A DNA stretch of 64,000 nt. Source: an uncultured bacterium (GTDB lineage: Bacteria > Omnitrophota > Omnitrophia > Omnitrophales > Aquincolibacteriaceae). Positions 1-8,440 of this stretch are shown here, piece by piece (within the stretch, counting starts at the first letter, position 1; every line of letters starts with the position of its first letter). The stretch is taken from contig CAZSFZ010000001.1 in the NCBI GenBank assembly GCA_964606385.1, forward strand, positions 67,519 through 131,518, given 5' to 3'. The notes beneath the pieces were generated by a model, which saw only the letters and a list, made by a program, of their open reading frames with translations, did no database searches and was not told the origin of the DNA. The translations under genes and the position numbers were made by a program.

Positions 1-663
1 CAGCACCACATCGGTCGTACCTTTTTCCGCGCCGGCCTTCAGGACCGGCTTCACGACGCGATCGGGATTTTCATTCATGTTCATGACATTTTCGCGGATC
101 TTGTCGTAGCGGAGGACCTCTCCTTTGCGGATCTTCCAGTAAGAACGCGTGCGCCATTTCATGAAATAACGGTTGCGTTCGACCGTCAGCTCGCCCATGC
201 GCGAAGTCACCGCCTTGAGATGAACTTCCTGATTTTCCATTTTCTGGGGTGGGAGCAGCACGACCGCGATATAGCCTTTCGCGCGGTACATTTGCTCCAA
301 GGCGTTAATAAGTTTCTGAAGCTCGTCGAAATGAACTTCCCGGTTCTCGTACTGCGCAAGAAGCGGTTCATACTCCGACGCCTCGAGCATCAAGTCCCCT
401 TCAAGGATGATCTTTTTGATGAAAAAGGCGGGCCCTGTGTAGACGGGCTCTTCTTCCGGCTTTTCTTCGTCCTCGATTGTGACGGGTTTGCTCTTGGTGG
501 GCTGAAGAAGCTTCTGTTCAGCTTCTTTGTCGATCTTGGCCAACTGGACATCCGCTGAGGCTCCATAGCCCGGCACAGCATAGACCACTCCACTGTGGGA
601 GAAGGCGACGACGCAGAAAAGAAGCAAACTGATAGACAGGCTTTTAATGTTAAGTCGGTTCAT
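1..663 (-). CDS. ShlB/FhaC/HecB-family two-partner-secretion (TpsB) outer-membrane transporter; N-terminal part only, 3' end runs off the window
   Basis: Reverse-strand translation starts at ATG 661-663 (MNRLNIKSLSISLLLFCVVAFS..., a signal peptide). It is followed by a ShlB-type POTRA-like segment (FFIKKIILEGDLML...YIAVVLLPPQKMENQEVHLKAV..GELTVERNRYF). Not in the ORF track because no stop lies inside the window. Confidence 0.6.
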   Translation of the reverse strand, partial: MNRLNIKSLSISLLLFCVVAFSHSGVVYAVPGYGASADVQLAKIDKEAEQKLLQPTKSKPVTIEDEEKPEEEPVYTGPAFFIKKIILEGDLMLEASEYEPLLAQYENREVHFDELQKLINALEQMYRAKGYIAVVLLPPQKMENQEVHLKAVTSRMGELTVERNRYFMKWRTRSYWKIRKGEVLRYDKIRENVMNMNENPDRVVKPVLKAGAEKGTTDVVL

Positions 664-705
664 ACGGAAAGAGACGGCATTTTCTTGATATTCCTAAAGT
701 TCTTT

Positions 706-1800
706 TTAAGCGACAGATTTTTCGTTCTGAAAAGGCTTATAAAAATCGGTTTTCGCAGGAAGACGCAAACGTTTGATAAGCCTCGCGACCAACAGGGCTT
801 CGGCCTCCCTCCACGGGGCGTCGTTCACATCTTGACCCCGCACGTGAAAACTGCCTCCCGCCACCATGTCGTGCCCTCCGGCTTCCTTGCGATCATCGAA
901 AATATCGCGCAGGATCTCCGGCGTTTCATCCGTCGGCCGGTTACTGCGCAAGGACACATGCAGCTTACCTTTGTAACGACCCGTGCAAAGCGAGCGTTCC
1001 ATGCCTTTATAGGTCAGGAGAAAATCCGCGATCTCAGAAACAAGATCGGGATGCTCCACCTCTCCGAGATGGGAAACGATCAGGCCCCGGAACGCGCGTG
1101 CTCCCTCGAGCCCGCGGTTCAGTGTGCTGAAGAATTTCTTGGATTTGGGCGGGTTCTGGATACGGATCAAGGTCCGCATATCGCAAAGCGGCAGGATGTC
1201 CAGATAAGACTGGATGATGTCGGCCCGGTGCGCGCGGTAAAGATTGAGCGTGTCCGAAAGGATCCCGTAAGCAAGGGCCGTCGCGATCCTCTTGGGGATC
1301 TCGAGGCCGCTCAGAAGCATCGCCTGCGTCAGGATCACGCTCGTCGCACCGCAATCCGGATCGATCAGCGCAAGTTCGGCCAGCGGACGTTTCACATAAG
1401 GATGCTGGTCGATCACCAAAGTGACTTTTTTATTCCGCGGGTAGGGGTTATTTTCAAACTCGGGCTGTGTGTCGATCAATGCCGTATTTTCGTAACTTTG
1501 GAGGTCCGAAGGACGGAATTTATGGATCGGGACTTTGAGGAGTTCCACCATCGCGCGGTTCTCAACGCGTCCGATGATCCCTTTATACACGATCCTCGAC
1601 TTGACCCCGCCGAGCTTTTCCGCGAGGTACTGAAGCGCCATGGAGGTTGCGATCGCGTCCGGATCGGGATAATCATGGGTCACGATCAGTAAGGGGGAAA
1701 GAGACTTTTTTTTCTTTTCCAGAAAACGGAGTAATTTCCGGCCGTGATGGGCCGCAATGTGCTGGTCTTTTTTGCTCTGCCGATGGGATAAAAAAGCCAT
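706..1800 (-). CDS. nrnA: DHH-family phosphoesterase (NrnA-like bifunctional oligoribonuclease/pAp phosphatase)
   Basis: DHH motif (IVTHDYPDPDAIATS) and DHHA1 GGGH-like motif (GGHDMVAGG); 364 aa. Confidence 0.8.
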   Translation of the reverse strand: MAFLSHRQSKKDQHIAAHHGRKLLRFLEKKKKSLSPLLIVTHDYPDPDAIATSMALQYLAEKLGGVKSRIVYKGIIGRVENRAMVELLKVPIHKFRPSDLQSYENTALIDTQPEFENNPYPRNKKVTLVIDQHPYVKRPLAELALIDPDCGATSVILTQAMLLSGLEIPKRIATALAYGILSDTLNLYRAHRADIIQSYLDILPLCDMRTLIRIQNPPKSKKFFSTLNRGLEGARAFRGLIVSHLGEVEHPDLVSEIADFLLTYKGMERSLCTGRYKGKLHVSLRSNRPTDETPEILRDIFDDRKEAGGHDMVAGGSFHVRGQDVNDAPWREAEALLVARLIKRLRLPAKTDFYKPFQNEKSVA

Positions 1801-1821
1801 AAGGACCTTAGCAGGTTCCTT

Positions 1822-2193
1822 TCAGGATTTTGCTTTCTGAGAGAGACCGGCAAGCCATTTCTGGAACGGCGGGTACTCGCGCAGGGCCTTGAGGTCGGGA
1901 TCGCGTTCGAGGTGTTTCAGGTCGGTAAATCCCAGACGGACAGCCTTCCGAAGCGCCGTGAGGGCTTTTGCCGTGTACCCCGCAAGAACATAACTGCAGG
2001 CGAGATTATAATGAACGACAGGGTCATCGTGGCAGAGAAAAGCCAGACGTTTATCGATCTCGAGACCTTTTTCAAAGAGACCCCGGCGGGTATAGGCCTC
2101 GGCAAGAGGCGCCAGAGCGTCAATATAATTGGGGCGGTGCTTCAGAACACCTTCGAGAAACGAGATCTCAAAATCCAGATCGATCGATTTCAT
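1822..2193 (-). CDS. tetratricopeptide-repeat protein
   Basis: TPR-like helical repeats (AEAYTRRGLFEKGLEI..., YNLACSYVLAGYTAKAL). Confidence 0.65.
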   Translation of the reverse strand: MKSIDLDFEISFLEGVLKHRPNYIDALAPLAEAYTRRGLFEKGLEIDKRLAFLCHDDPVVHYNLACSYVLAGYTAKALTALRKAVRLGFTDLKHLERDPDLKALREYPPFQKWLAGLSQKAKS

Positions 2194-2243
2194 GGGAGGA
2201 TGATACCTTATCTAAATAAAAATGCAACCGGGCAATGCGACGT

Positions 2244-2651
2244 TCACCGGCCCAAATGCCGTTTTAAAACCTCCAGGAACTCGTCGATCTTGAAGGGCTT
2301 CAGCAGGAACTCTTTCACTCCCAGCCGTATCGCGGACTGTTTGACCTGTTCGTCGTTATAGGCCGTTAGGACAATCTCGGGAATCGGCTTCTTTTTAGCT
2401 TCCTGACAATACTGGCGGACAGCCTGGATGACCTGAAGTCCGTCCATCCCCGGCATGCGGATATCGGTGATCAAAAGGTCAAAGTGGCGCTCGACGAGAA
2501 GCCCGAGGGCTTCCTGCCCGCCGCCTGCGACCGTCGGCTCGAACCCCGCTTCTCGCAGGAGGATCTCCAGCGATTTCCTCACCAATCCGTCATCATCGAC
2601 GGCCAGGATCTTTTTTTTGCGGTGATGGACCGCGTGCTCCGCGTTCATCAT
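2244..2651 (-). CDS. single-domain response regulator (CheY-like receiver)
   Basis: KKILAVDDDGLVRKSLEILL...DLLITDIRMPGMDGL...KPF receiver motifs. Confidence 0.8.
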   Translation of the reverse strand: MMNAEHAVHHRKKKILAVDDDGLVRKSLEILLREAGFEPTVAGGGQEALGLLVERHFDLLITDIRMPGMDGLQVIQAVRQYCQEAKKKPIPEIVLTAYNDEQVKQSAIRLGVKEFLLKPFKIDEFLEVLKRHLGR

Positions 2652-2669
2652 GACCTCCTGGATATCCGG

Positions 2670-3209
2670 CTAACGCTCATAAGTGCCCATCAACTGCCCT
2701 TCCGCTAAAACATGCCCCTGCATGGCGTTCATCAATTCTTTTTTCGTCGCGCCGGGATTCAAATGAAGCAGGGTATCCAGCGCGTAGATCTTGAAAAAAT
2801 AGCGGTGGACCCCGCGCGGCGGGCAAGGACCTCCGTAGCCGATCCCGCCGAAATCGTTACGGCCCTGAAGGCCTCCGCTCGGAAGGTCCGCTTTCTGGGG
2901 GATCCCCGCGGGCAATTGGTTGAGGGAAGGCGACATATTGTAGATCAACCAATGAATCCAATCCCCTCCCGGGGCATCGGGATCCTCCGCGATCACCGCG
3001 AGACTTTTCGCGACAGCCGGAACCCCCGACCATTCGATGGGCGGCGACATGTCGGCCCCGTCACAGGTGAAATCCGAAGGAATGCTTTCTCCTGTTCCAA
3101 ACGCCGTGCTCCATAACTCGATCTTATCCATAGATTCCTCCGCCTGCCCGGAGACCGGGCCTGAGATGCTCAGGATCCCTACAAAACACAGAACAAATAT
3201 TCTTTTCAT
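2670..3209 (-). CDS. YbhB/YbcL-family PEBP (Raf kinase inhibitor-like) protein, secreted
   Basis: Signal peptide; PEBP signature GPCPPRGVHRYFFKIYALD. Confidence 0.8.
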   Translation of the reverse strand: MKRIFVLCFVGILSISGPVSGQAEESMDKIELWSTAFGTGESIPSDFTCDGADMSPPIEWSGVPAVAKSLAVIAEDPDAPGGDWIHWLIYNMSPSLNQLPAGIPQKADLPSGGLQGRNDFGGIGYGGPCPPRGVHRYFFKIYALDTLLHLNPGATKKELMNAMQGHVLAEGQLMGTYER

Positions 3210-3239
3210 TTTAAACTCCTCCTAAAAACCGCTGCGACG

Positions 3240-3812
3240 TTAAGACAAACTTTTAACGGCCACCCGGTCCATATAACTCAAATCATCCGTGTTCACGCGG
3301 ATCGTTTCTCCGGAACTCACGAACTGGGGCACCAGGACCTTCAAGCCATTCTCCAATTCGGCTTCCTTGTACGTCGAATCGCTCTGCCCTTTGACCCCTG
3401 GGGGCGTATTTGTCACTTTGAGCTCCACGATCTTCGGAAAAACAATACTCAAGACCTTCCCTTCTCCGAAAAGCACGTCGATGACCTCGTTTTCTTTCAG
3501 GAACACTTCGTGCTTCCCGACCGCCTTCGCGGGAATGGAGAACTGCTCGTAATTTTCCATATTCATGAACACGAACTGGTCCCCTTCGCGGTAAAGATAC
3601 TGCATCTTGACGAAATGAACGTTGAGATCCTCCACTTTTTCATCCGCCGATAATTTTTTTTCGATCACATGGCCATCCTCGAGGCTTTTGAGCTTGAGCA
3701 TCGCGCTCTTCCCGAATTTTCCAGTCCCGCGGATCTCCTGAGTTAGGACCTTGCAAAGTTTCCCGTCTATTCTGATCACGTTCCCCACGCGGATATCTGA
3801 GGCAAGCACCAT
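3240..3812 (-). CDS. efp: translation elongation factor P
   Basis: 190 aa; full-length similarity to EF-P (KOW plus two OB domains); conserved Lys in the GTGKFGKSA loop. Confidence 0.95.
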   Translation of the reverse strand: MVLASDIRVGNVIRIDGKLCKVLTQEIRGTGKFGKSAMLKLKSLEDGHVIEKKLSADEKVEDLNVHFVKMQYLYREGDQFVFMNMENYEQFSIPAKAVGKHEVFLKENEVIDVLFGEGKVLSIVFPKIVELKVTNTPPGVKGQSDSTYKEAELENGLKVLVPQFVSSGETIRVNTDDLSYMDRVAVKSLS

Positions 3813-3824
3813 AAAATCTCCTCC

Positions 3825-4334
3825 TTAATGTTTCCAGCCGAATACCATCTGCAAATAAGATCTTTCTTCCCGGTCTTTATCATGAAGACCGAGTTTGGCG
3901 GCAACCTTGGCGATATCCCGGCCCCGGCCCTCGATCTCAAGGAACCATCCGAACTTTTTCAAGCGATCGATCACCACAAGCGTTCTACCAAGCCTGTAAA
4001 CATCCCTTTGTTTACGGTACTGACCGATCTGCAGGAACCCCGCGAGCCCCAGGACCGCTCTCGCCGTCGCATACTCGATCGGCGCTTCGATCTCTATGCG
4101 CTTGGTAAACTTGTTCTTGATACGCGGTCCTTTCAAGGTCAAGACCGCCGGACCTTTGCCAAAACACCTGAGCCGGAGCGCGACTTTTTGTTTCTTGAGC
4201 AGGCCGGCGCGATCGTAGAATTCATTGGTTTCCGGACCGCCGGCGATCTTCCGGGCTTTTATTTTTTTCAAAAGCGCCCGTATTTTCGACGGCTCCCGCA
4301 ACCGGTATTTCTGTTCGACCTCAAAAGACCCCAT
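3825..4334 (-). CDS. CYTH-domain protein (class IV adenylate cyclase / triphosphatase-like)
   Basis: N-terminal EVEQKYRL CYTH signature; 169 aa. Confidence 0.7.
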   Translation of the reverse strand: MGSFEVEQKYRLREPSKIRALLKKIKARKIAGGPETNEFYDRAGLLKKQKVALRLRCFGKGPAVLTLKGPRIKNKFTKRIEIEAPIEYATARAVLGLAGFLQIGQYRKQRDVYRLGRTLVVIDRLKKFGWFLEIEGRGRDIAKVAAKLGLHDKDREERSYLQMVFGWKH

Positions 4335-4339
4335 AAGCG

Positions 4340-4897
4340 TTAAGCTTTGATCAGCATTTTATCGCGCACAAGATCGGCCGCCTCTTTCCCGACGAGCTCT
4401 TTGGCGATCTCCCACGCAAACTCAAAAGAAGATCCGGGGCCCTGGCTTGTGATCACGTCCCCGTCCCTCACGACCCTATCTTTCAGATGGACCGTTCCGG
4501 CATGAAAGTCTTTCTCGCAACCCGGATAACAGGTCGCTTTTTTACCGTCGAGGATCCCCAGCGGAGTCAATACGGCAGCAGGTGCGGCGCAAATCGCAGC
4601 TATAAGTTTTCCCGCCGCATGCATTTTTTGGATGAATTGAGAAACCTCGGCCGAGTTGGCCAGGTTCGTCGCCCCCGGCATACCTCCGGGAAGAATGACC
4701 GCGTCGAAAAGGTCCCGGACGTCTTTGATCAGAACATCCGCCTGAATGCCGATCTTCCGCGAGCTTGGCACGATCATGGAATTCACACCCGCAAGGGTGA
4801 CGCGCACTCCCGCGCGCCTGAGAAAATCCACGGGAGCGAGAGCCTCCACTTCTTCGAAACCTTCCGCGAGAATCACGATCGCCGTTTTTGCCATCAT
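4340..4897 (-). CDS. DJ-1/PfpI-family protein
   Basis: AIVILAEGFEEVEA...AICAAPAAVL nucleophile-elbow Cys; 185 aa. Confidence 0.85.
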   Translation of the reverse strand: MMAKTAIVILAEGFEEVEALAPVDFLRRAGVRVTLAGVNSMIVPSSRKIGIQADVLIKDVRDLFDAVILPGGMPGATNLANSAEVSQFIQKMHAAGKLIAAICAAPAAVLTPLGILDGKKATCYPGCEKDFHAGTVHLKDRVVRDGDVITSQGPGSSFEFAWEIAKELVGKEAADLVRDKMLIKA

Positions 4898-4905
4898 ACT
4901 TCTCC

Positions 4906-5331
4906 TTAATGCGCTCCCGGATTGGACGCGTTCGGATCGATCTGCTCCACCACAAGTTTCTTCTGGCCGAAGATCCTGTCGTTGGCGAAGATCCGGAATT
5001 CATAATTCCCCGCGTGCATAAAACGTACGCCTCGGAGATTAAACACAAGTTCATGAGCGTCCAACGGGCTCGGGACGCGCACTTCCTCGGGCATCTCACT
5101 TTTACCGATCGTCATGTCGCTTTGCAGGTCCACGAGTTCCAAGCGAAATTGATATCCGCCCTGCGCGTCCGTCAATTTGATGTAGACCGACATGGCAAAA
5201 TGCGTGCACGGGAATGTCGCGGCGCCAATATTCTCAAAGACGCCGATCAGGCTTTTTTTGTTCGTGCCGCGCTCGGTGATAACGTAATCGCAGATGAGCA
5301 TGGCGTTCGTTTTGGGGGTCGGTGTTGTCAT
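4906..5331 (-). CDS. hypothetical protein (141 aa)
   Basis: ORF with coding-like composition, tightly spaced in the operon; no recognised domain. Confidence 0.5.
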   Translation of the reverse strand: MTTPTPKTNAMLICDYVITERGTNKKSLIGVFENIGAATFPCTHFAMSVYIKLTDAQGGYQFRLELVDLQSDMTIGKSEMPEEVRVPSPLDAHELVFNLRGVRFMHAGNYEFRIFANDRIFGQKKLVVEQIDPNASNPGAH

Positions 5332-5386
5332 AAATCCCTTCCGTTAGCAGTTTAAAATGAATACGTTATCTTCCGGACGAAATCCG

Positions 5387-5671
5387 TCATCCGAATTTGT
5401 AGTGTTTCCTCACAGGCGCCTTGACGTTCCAAACGCATTTCAAACCCTGGGGGAACATCACAAGATCGCCTTTCCCGAACGAAACCTCCCCGTCCGGGGT
5501 CTTGACGGTAACTTCTCCCTCCAGAAAATAGCAGATCTCCTTTTCATCGTAATACCAGTCGAAGCTCGAAGCCTCCTTGGTCCAGATCGGCCATGAAGTC
5601 ACCTTCAGGTCCTGCAATTTCTGGGCGGTCGGTTTCTCAACAAGCACTTTCAAGGTCGTTTGAGGCGTCAT
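5387..5671 (-). CDS. small cupin-domain protein
   Basis: 94 aa; beta-barrel cupin-like motifs (YFLEGEVTV..DGE...GDLVMFPQG). Confidence 0.65.
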   Translation of the reverse strand: MTPQTTLKVLVEKPTAQKLQDLKVTSWPIWTKEASSFDWYYDEKEICYFLEGEVTVKTPDGEVSFGKGDLVMFPQGLKCVWNVKAPVRKHYKFG

Positions 5672-5683
5672 AAGGGATCCTCC

Positions 5684-6364
5684 TTATTTTCTGAATTTTT
5701 CAAGCCAGCCGCAATATTCGCATTTGGAAGACGCTTGGGGCGCGGAACCGGTCAGGATCGCAAGCGCTTTATGGAAGAGCGCTTTCGCGCGTTCCGGATC
5801 CGTTTCGATCCGGATCGGCTGGATCTCAAAAGTCACCTGCCCGTTCTCACCGACTTCCTTGGGCGAATAATAGAGAAGGAATCCATACCCGGCGGTTTTG
5901 AGCCCGTTCCCTTCGAGCATGAGCGCGTAGCAATCGAGCTGGGTCTGGTAATACTTGGTCGCATCCTCTTCATTCGTGGGAGATCCTTTGGTCTTGTAAT
6001 CGAACGGAATGTAAGCGCCGTCTTTTACGAGCAGGTCGTCGAGCATCCCTGAAAGCACCGAGCCGTTCTCATGATATTGAAGCCCGGTGCGCCAGGCGCG
6101 CCAGTTCTCAAGCTGGGCCTGGTTATCATAAAGACAGATCCCCTTGAAAGCATCGATGCGGAGTTCCGGGGGAAGCGTTCCTTTGACGCGGAAGGTATCG
6201 AAATAGGTCTTGATCACGCGATCCATGCCGCCCGGCAGCGAGGGGAAAATACCGCGGGGCCGCTTGATATTCTTGACCTTCTCAAGCCAAAAACACCGCG
6301 GACAGTCCTTAAAAAGACTCAGCGCTGAAGGAGAAAGCGTGATTTGTTTGGTCATGATCGCCAT
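5684..6364 (-). CDS. PD-(D/E)XK nuclease-superfamily protein, Cas4/RecB-like with putative Fe-S cluster
   Basis: N-terminal CPRCFW and C-terminal CEYCGW Cys pairs; FDYKTK (D-x-K) and QTQLDCYALML (QxxxY) RecB-nuclease motifs. Confidence 0.7.
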   Translation of the reverse strand: MAIMTKQITLSPSALSLFKDCPRCFWLEKVKNIKRPRGIFPSLPGGMDRVIKTYFDTFRVKGTLPPELRIDAFKGICLYDNQAQLENWRAWRTGLQYHENGSVLSGMLDDLLVKDGAYIPFDYKTKGSPTNEEDATKYYQTQLDCYALMLEGNGLKTAGYGFLLYYSPKEVGENGQVTFEIQPIRIETDPERAKALFHKALAILTGSAPQASSKCEYCGWLEKFRK

Positions 6365-6469
6365 AAGTCAGGTGAGTATTATATAACTCTTTGAGCGTAA
6401 AGCCTATAGCCGATAGCTGACAGCAAAATCAAAATCTGCCATAAAAAATTCTTAGCTAGGGGCTATGCG

Positions 6470-7408
6470 CTATGAGCTTTTCTTCCGGTTGCCTGGAAAG
6501 GGATTCTCGGGATCCTTGAAATCCGGCAGAAAAGCCGTCTCTTCTTTGAGCTCCTGCGTGTAGACCTTCTCGAAACCGAGGTCTTCGACAAGTCCGAGGA
6601 CCTGGTGGTATTCTCCGGCGCTGAGGATCCGGTGAAGTTTTTTCTTTTGAAAACATCCCGGCACGGGTTGGAACTGGCTCATGACCGAAAGCGGAAGACC
6701 GGGACCGAATTCCCGATAAAGAAGCTTGAGGGCTTTCAGACTGTTTTCCACATGACCGGGAAGGACCAGATGGCGGACAAGAACCCCCCGCTGCGCCGGG
6801 TCCTTGCCCGTGATATCCCAGGGCTCCAAAAACCCTTTGAGTTTCACCATCTCGCGGATCGCGTCCAGGGCGATCTCGGGATAACGCGCGTCCCCCATAC
6901 AGAGCTGCGCGAGCTCCGGCCCCGCGAACTTGAAATCGGGAAGAAAAATATCCATCACGCCGGCGTACTCCGGTACCATTTCCGGCTTTTGATAGCCCGA
7001 GGAATTGAAAAGCATGGGAACCCTGACGCCTTCTTTCCGCAATTCCTGACAAAGCGACCTGATGTGCGGCCAAAAATGGTCAGGGGTCACAAAATTCAGG
7101 TTATGAACACCCTTTTGCAGAAGCCCCCGGGCTTCCGACAAGAGTTCCGCGGGAGTGATCGAGCGGCCATCATGCTGGATCGAGATCTGATAATTCTGGC
7201 AAAAGAAACACTGGCTGGCACAGCCGCTAAAAAAGATCGTCCCGGACCCCTTCGTCCCGCTGAAGGATGGCTCTTCGCCAAAATGCGGACCGATGAAAGA
7301 GACGCGGCAGACGGCGCTTTCCCCGCAGAAACCAGGCGCGCCTTTCGTGCGGTCGACCTTGCAATCGCGGGGACATAGTGCACAATTTTTGTAAGCCTGA
7401 AAATTCAT
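6470..7408 (-). CDS. radical SAM protein, PflX-like (putative pyruvate formate-lyase activating enzyme family)
   Basis: CxxxCxxC (CASQCFFC) radical SAM motif; overall PflX/COG1313-like. Confidence 0.8.
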   Translation of the reverse strand: MNFQAYKNCALCPRDCKVDRTKGAPGFCGESAVCRVSFIGPHFGEEPSFSGTKGSGTIFFSGCASQCFFCQNYQISIQHDGRSITPAELLSEARGLLQKGVHNLNFVTPDHFWPHIRSLCQELRKEGVRVPMLFNSSGYQKPEMVPEYAGVMDIFLPDFKFAGPELAQLCMGDARYPEIALDAIREMVKLKGFLEPWDITGKDPAQRGVLVRHLVLPGHVENSLKALKLLYREFGPGLPLSVMSQFQPVPGCFQKKKLHRILSAGEYHQVLGLVEDLGFEKVYTQELKEETAFLPDFKDPENPFPGNRKKSS

Positions 7409-7445
7409 GCAAAGTCCTTTAAGAAAATGGCCCTCAAATCCCGAT

Positions 7446-7545
7446 CACCAAGAAACAATAACCAATCACCAAAATTCAAAGAGCTTTTAGTGTTTGAGAT
7501 TTGGAATTTGGTTGTTGTTTGGCGTTTGTGTCTTGGTTATTGATG
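7446..7545. repeat. AT-rich imperfect palindrome built from CCAA/TTGG-type short units
   Basis: Left arm caccaagaaacaataaccaatcaccaaaattcaaa versus right arm tttgagatttggaatttggttgttgtttggcgtttgtgtcttggttattgatg. Confidence 0.6.
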
Positions 7546-7570
7546 TTTGCTTGCCGGCCGGCATACAAGG

Positions 7571-8428
7571 TTATTGGAATTTCTTAAACGCTTCCGGAAG
7601 ATATCTCAGGATATCGCCGGCTGTCATACCCGTCTGACCGATCTTTTGTGCGGCAAGATCTCCGGCAAGACCGTGCACATGAACGCCGAGGCAGGCGGCT
7701 TCAAAAACGCTCAAGCCTTGGCCGATGAGCGCCGCGATCGTGCCGGTCAGCACGTCTCCGGATCCGGCCGTCGCCATTCCGGGATTCCCCGTCGTGTTCA
7801 TGCAACCATCACCTTCAGGTGCGGCGATTACCGTATGATGTCCTTTCAAAACAATAACAACTCCATGCGTTTGGGCGGCATCCAAAGCGCGTTTTTTCCT
7901 GAGCCTATCCGAGTCATCGAGCTTGCCTCCAAAGATCCTCACAAATTCGCCGGGATGCGGCGTCAACACCGCACGGCCGCGGCAAGCCTTCAAGACCTTG
8001 AGATGTCCTTTCAGCGCATTAAGGCCGTCAGCGTCGATCACAAGCGGAAGCTCCGTCGATGAAAGTACCTTGCGGACAAGCTGCTGTGTCGTAGTGTATT
8101 GGGAAAGACCGGGACCGACCGCCAGCACGTTCTGCAAGGCGCAAAACCGCTTGATCTCCGGAAGACCCTTTAACGAAAGAGTTCCTTTAGACGTTGAAGG
8201 AAGAGGCCGGGTCATGAGCTCGGAATCCCGTTTGGCAATAATGAGGTAAACGGCATCCGGCACACCGACCGTCACGAGTCCCGCGCCGGAACGGAGCGCC
8301 CCCATCCCCGCGAGATTCGCCGCGCCCGTCATGCCGCGGGACCCGGCGAGAATGAACACGCGACCAAAGTCGCCTTTGTGGGCCGCGGCGGGACGTTTTA
8401 ATTTTTTAGCAATAGAATGGATATTCAT
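7571..8428 (-). CDS. nnr: ADP-dependent NAD(P)H-hydrate dehydratase (YjeF C-terminal domain family)
   Basis: GDFGRVFILAGSRGMTGAA...GPGL...LTPHPGEF...GSGDVL motifs. The track ORF extends into a palindromic repeat; start trimmed to Met15. Confidence 0.8.
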   Translation of the reverse strand: MNIHSIAKKLKRPAAAHKGDFGRVFILAGSRGMTGAANLAGMGALRSGAGLVTVGVPDAVYLIIAKRDSELMTRPLPSTSKGTLSLKGLPEIKRFCALQNVLAVGPGLSQYTTTQQLVRKVLSSTELPLVIDADGLNALKGHLKVLKACRGRAVLTPHPGEFVRIFGGKLDDSDRLRKKRALDAAQTHGVVIVLKGHHTVIAAPEGDGCMNTTGNPGMATAGSGDVLTGTIAALIGQGLSVFEAACLGVHVHGLAGDLAAQKIGQTGMTAGDILRYLPEAFKKFQ

Positions 8429-8440
8429 AACATGAGAAGA

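Noticed and set aside
595-1692. Long antisense ORFs opposite clear genes. Examples: 595-1692(+), 6605-7378(+), 16641-17780(+), 22622-23524(+), 28263-29084(+), 36833-38530(+), 59419-60633(+), 61599-62468(+).
   Set aside because: Their translations are Arg/His/Pro-rich and lack motifs. The opposite strand encodes proteins with unmistakable family signatures. They are shadow ORFs expected in GC-rich DNA.
5684-6364. Cas4-like nuclease as a marker of a CRISPR-Cas locus
   Set aside because: No direct-repeat array and no cas1/cas2 or effector genes within the window. Solo Cas4/RecB-like nucleases are common outside CRISPR loci.
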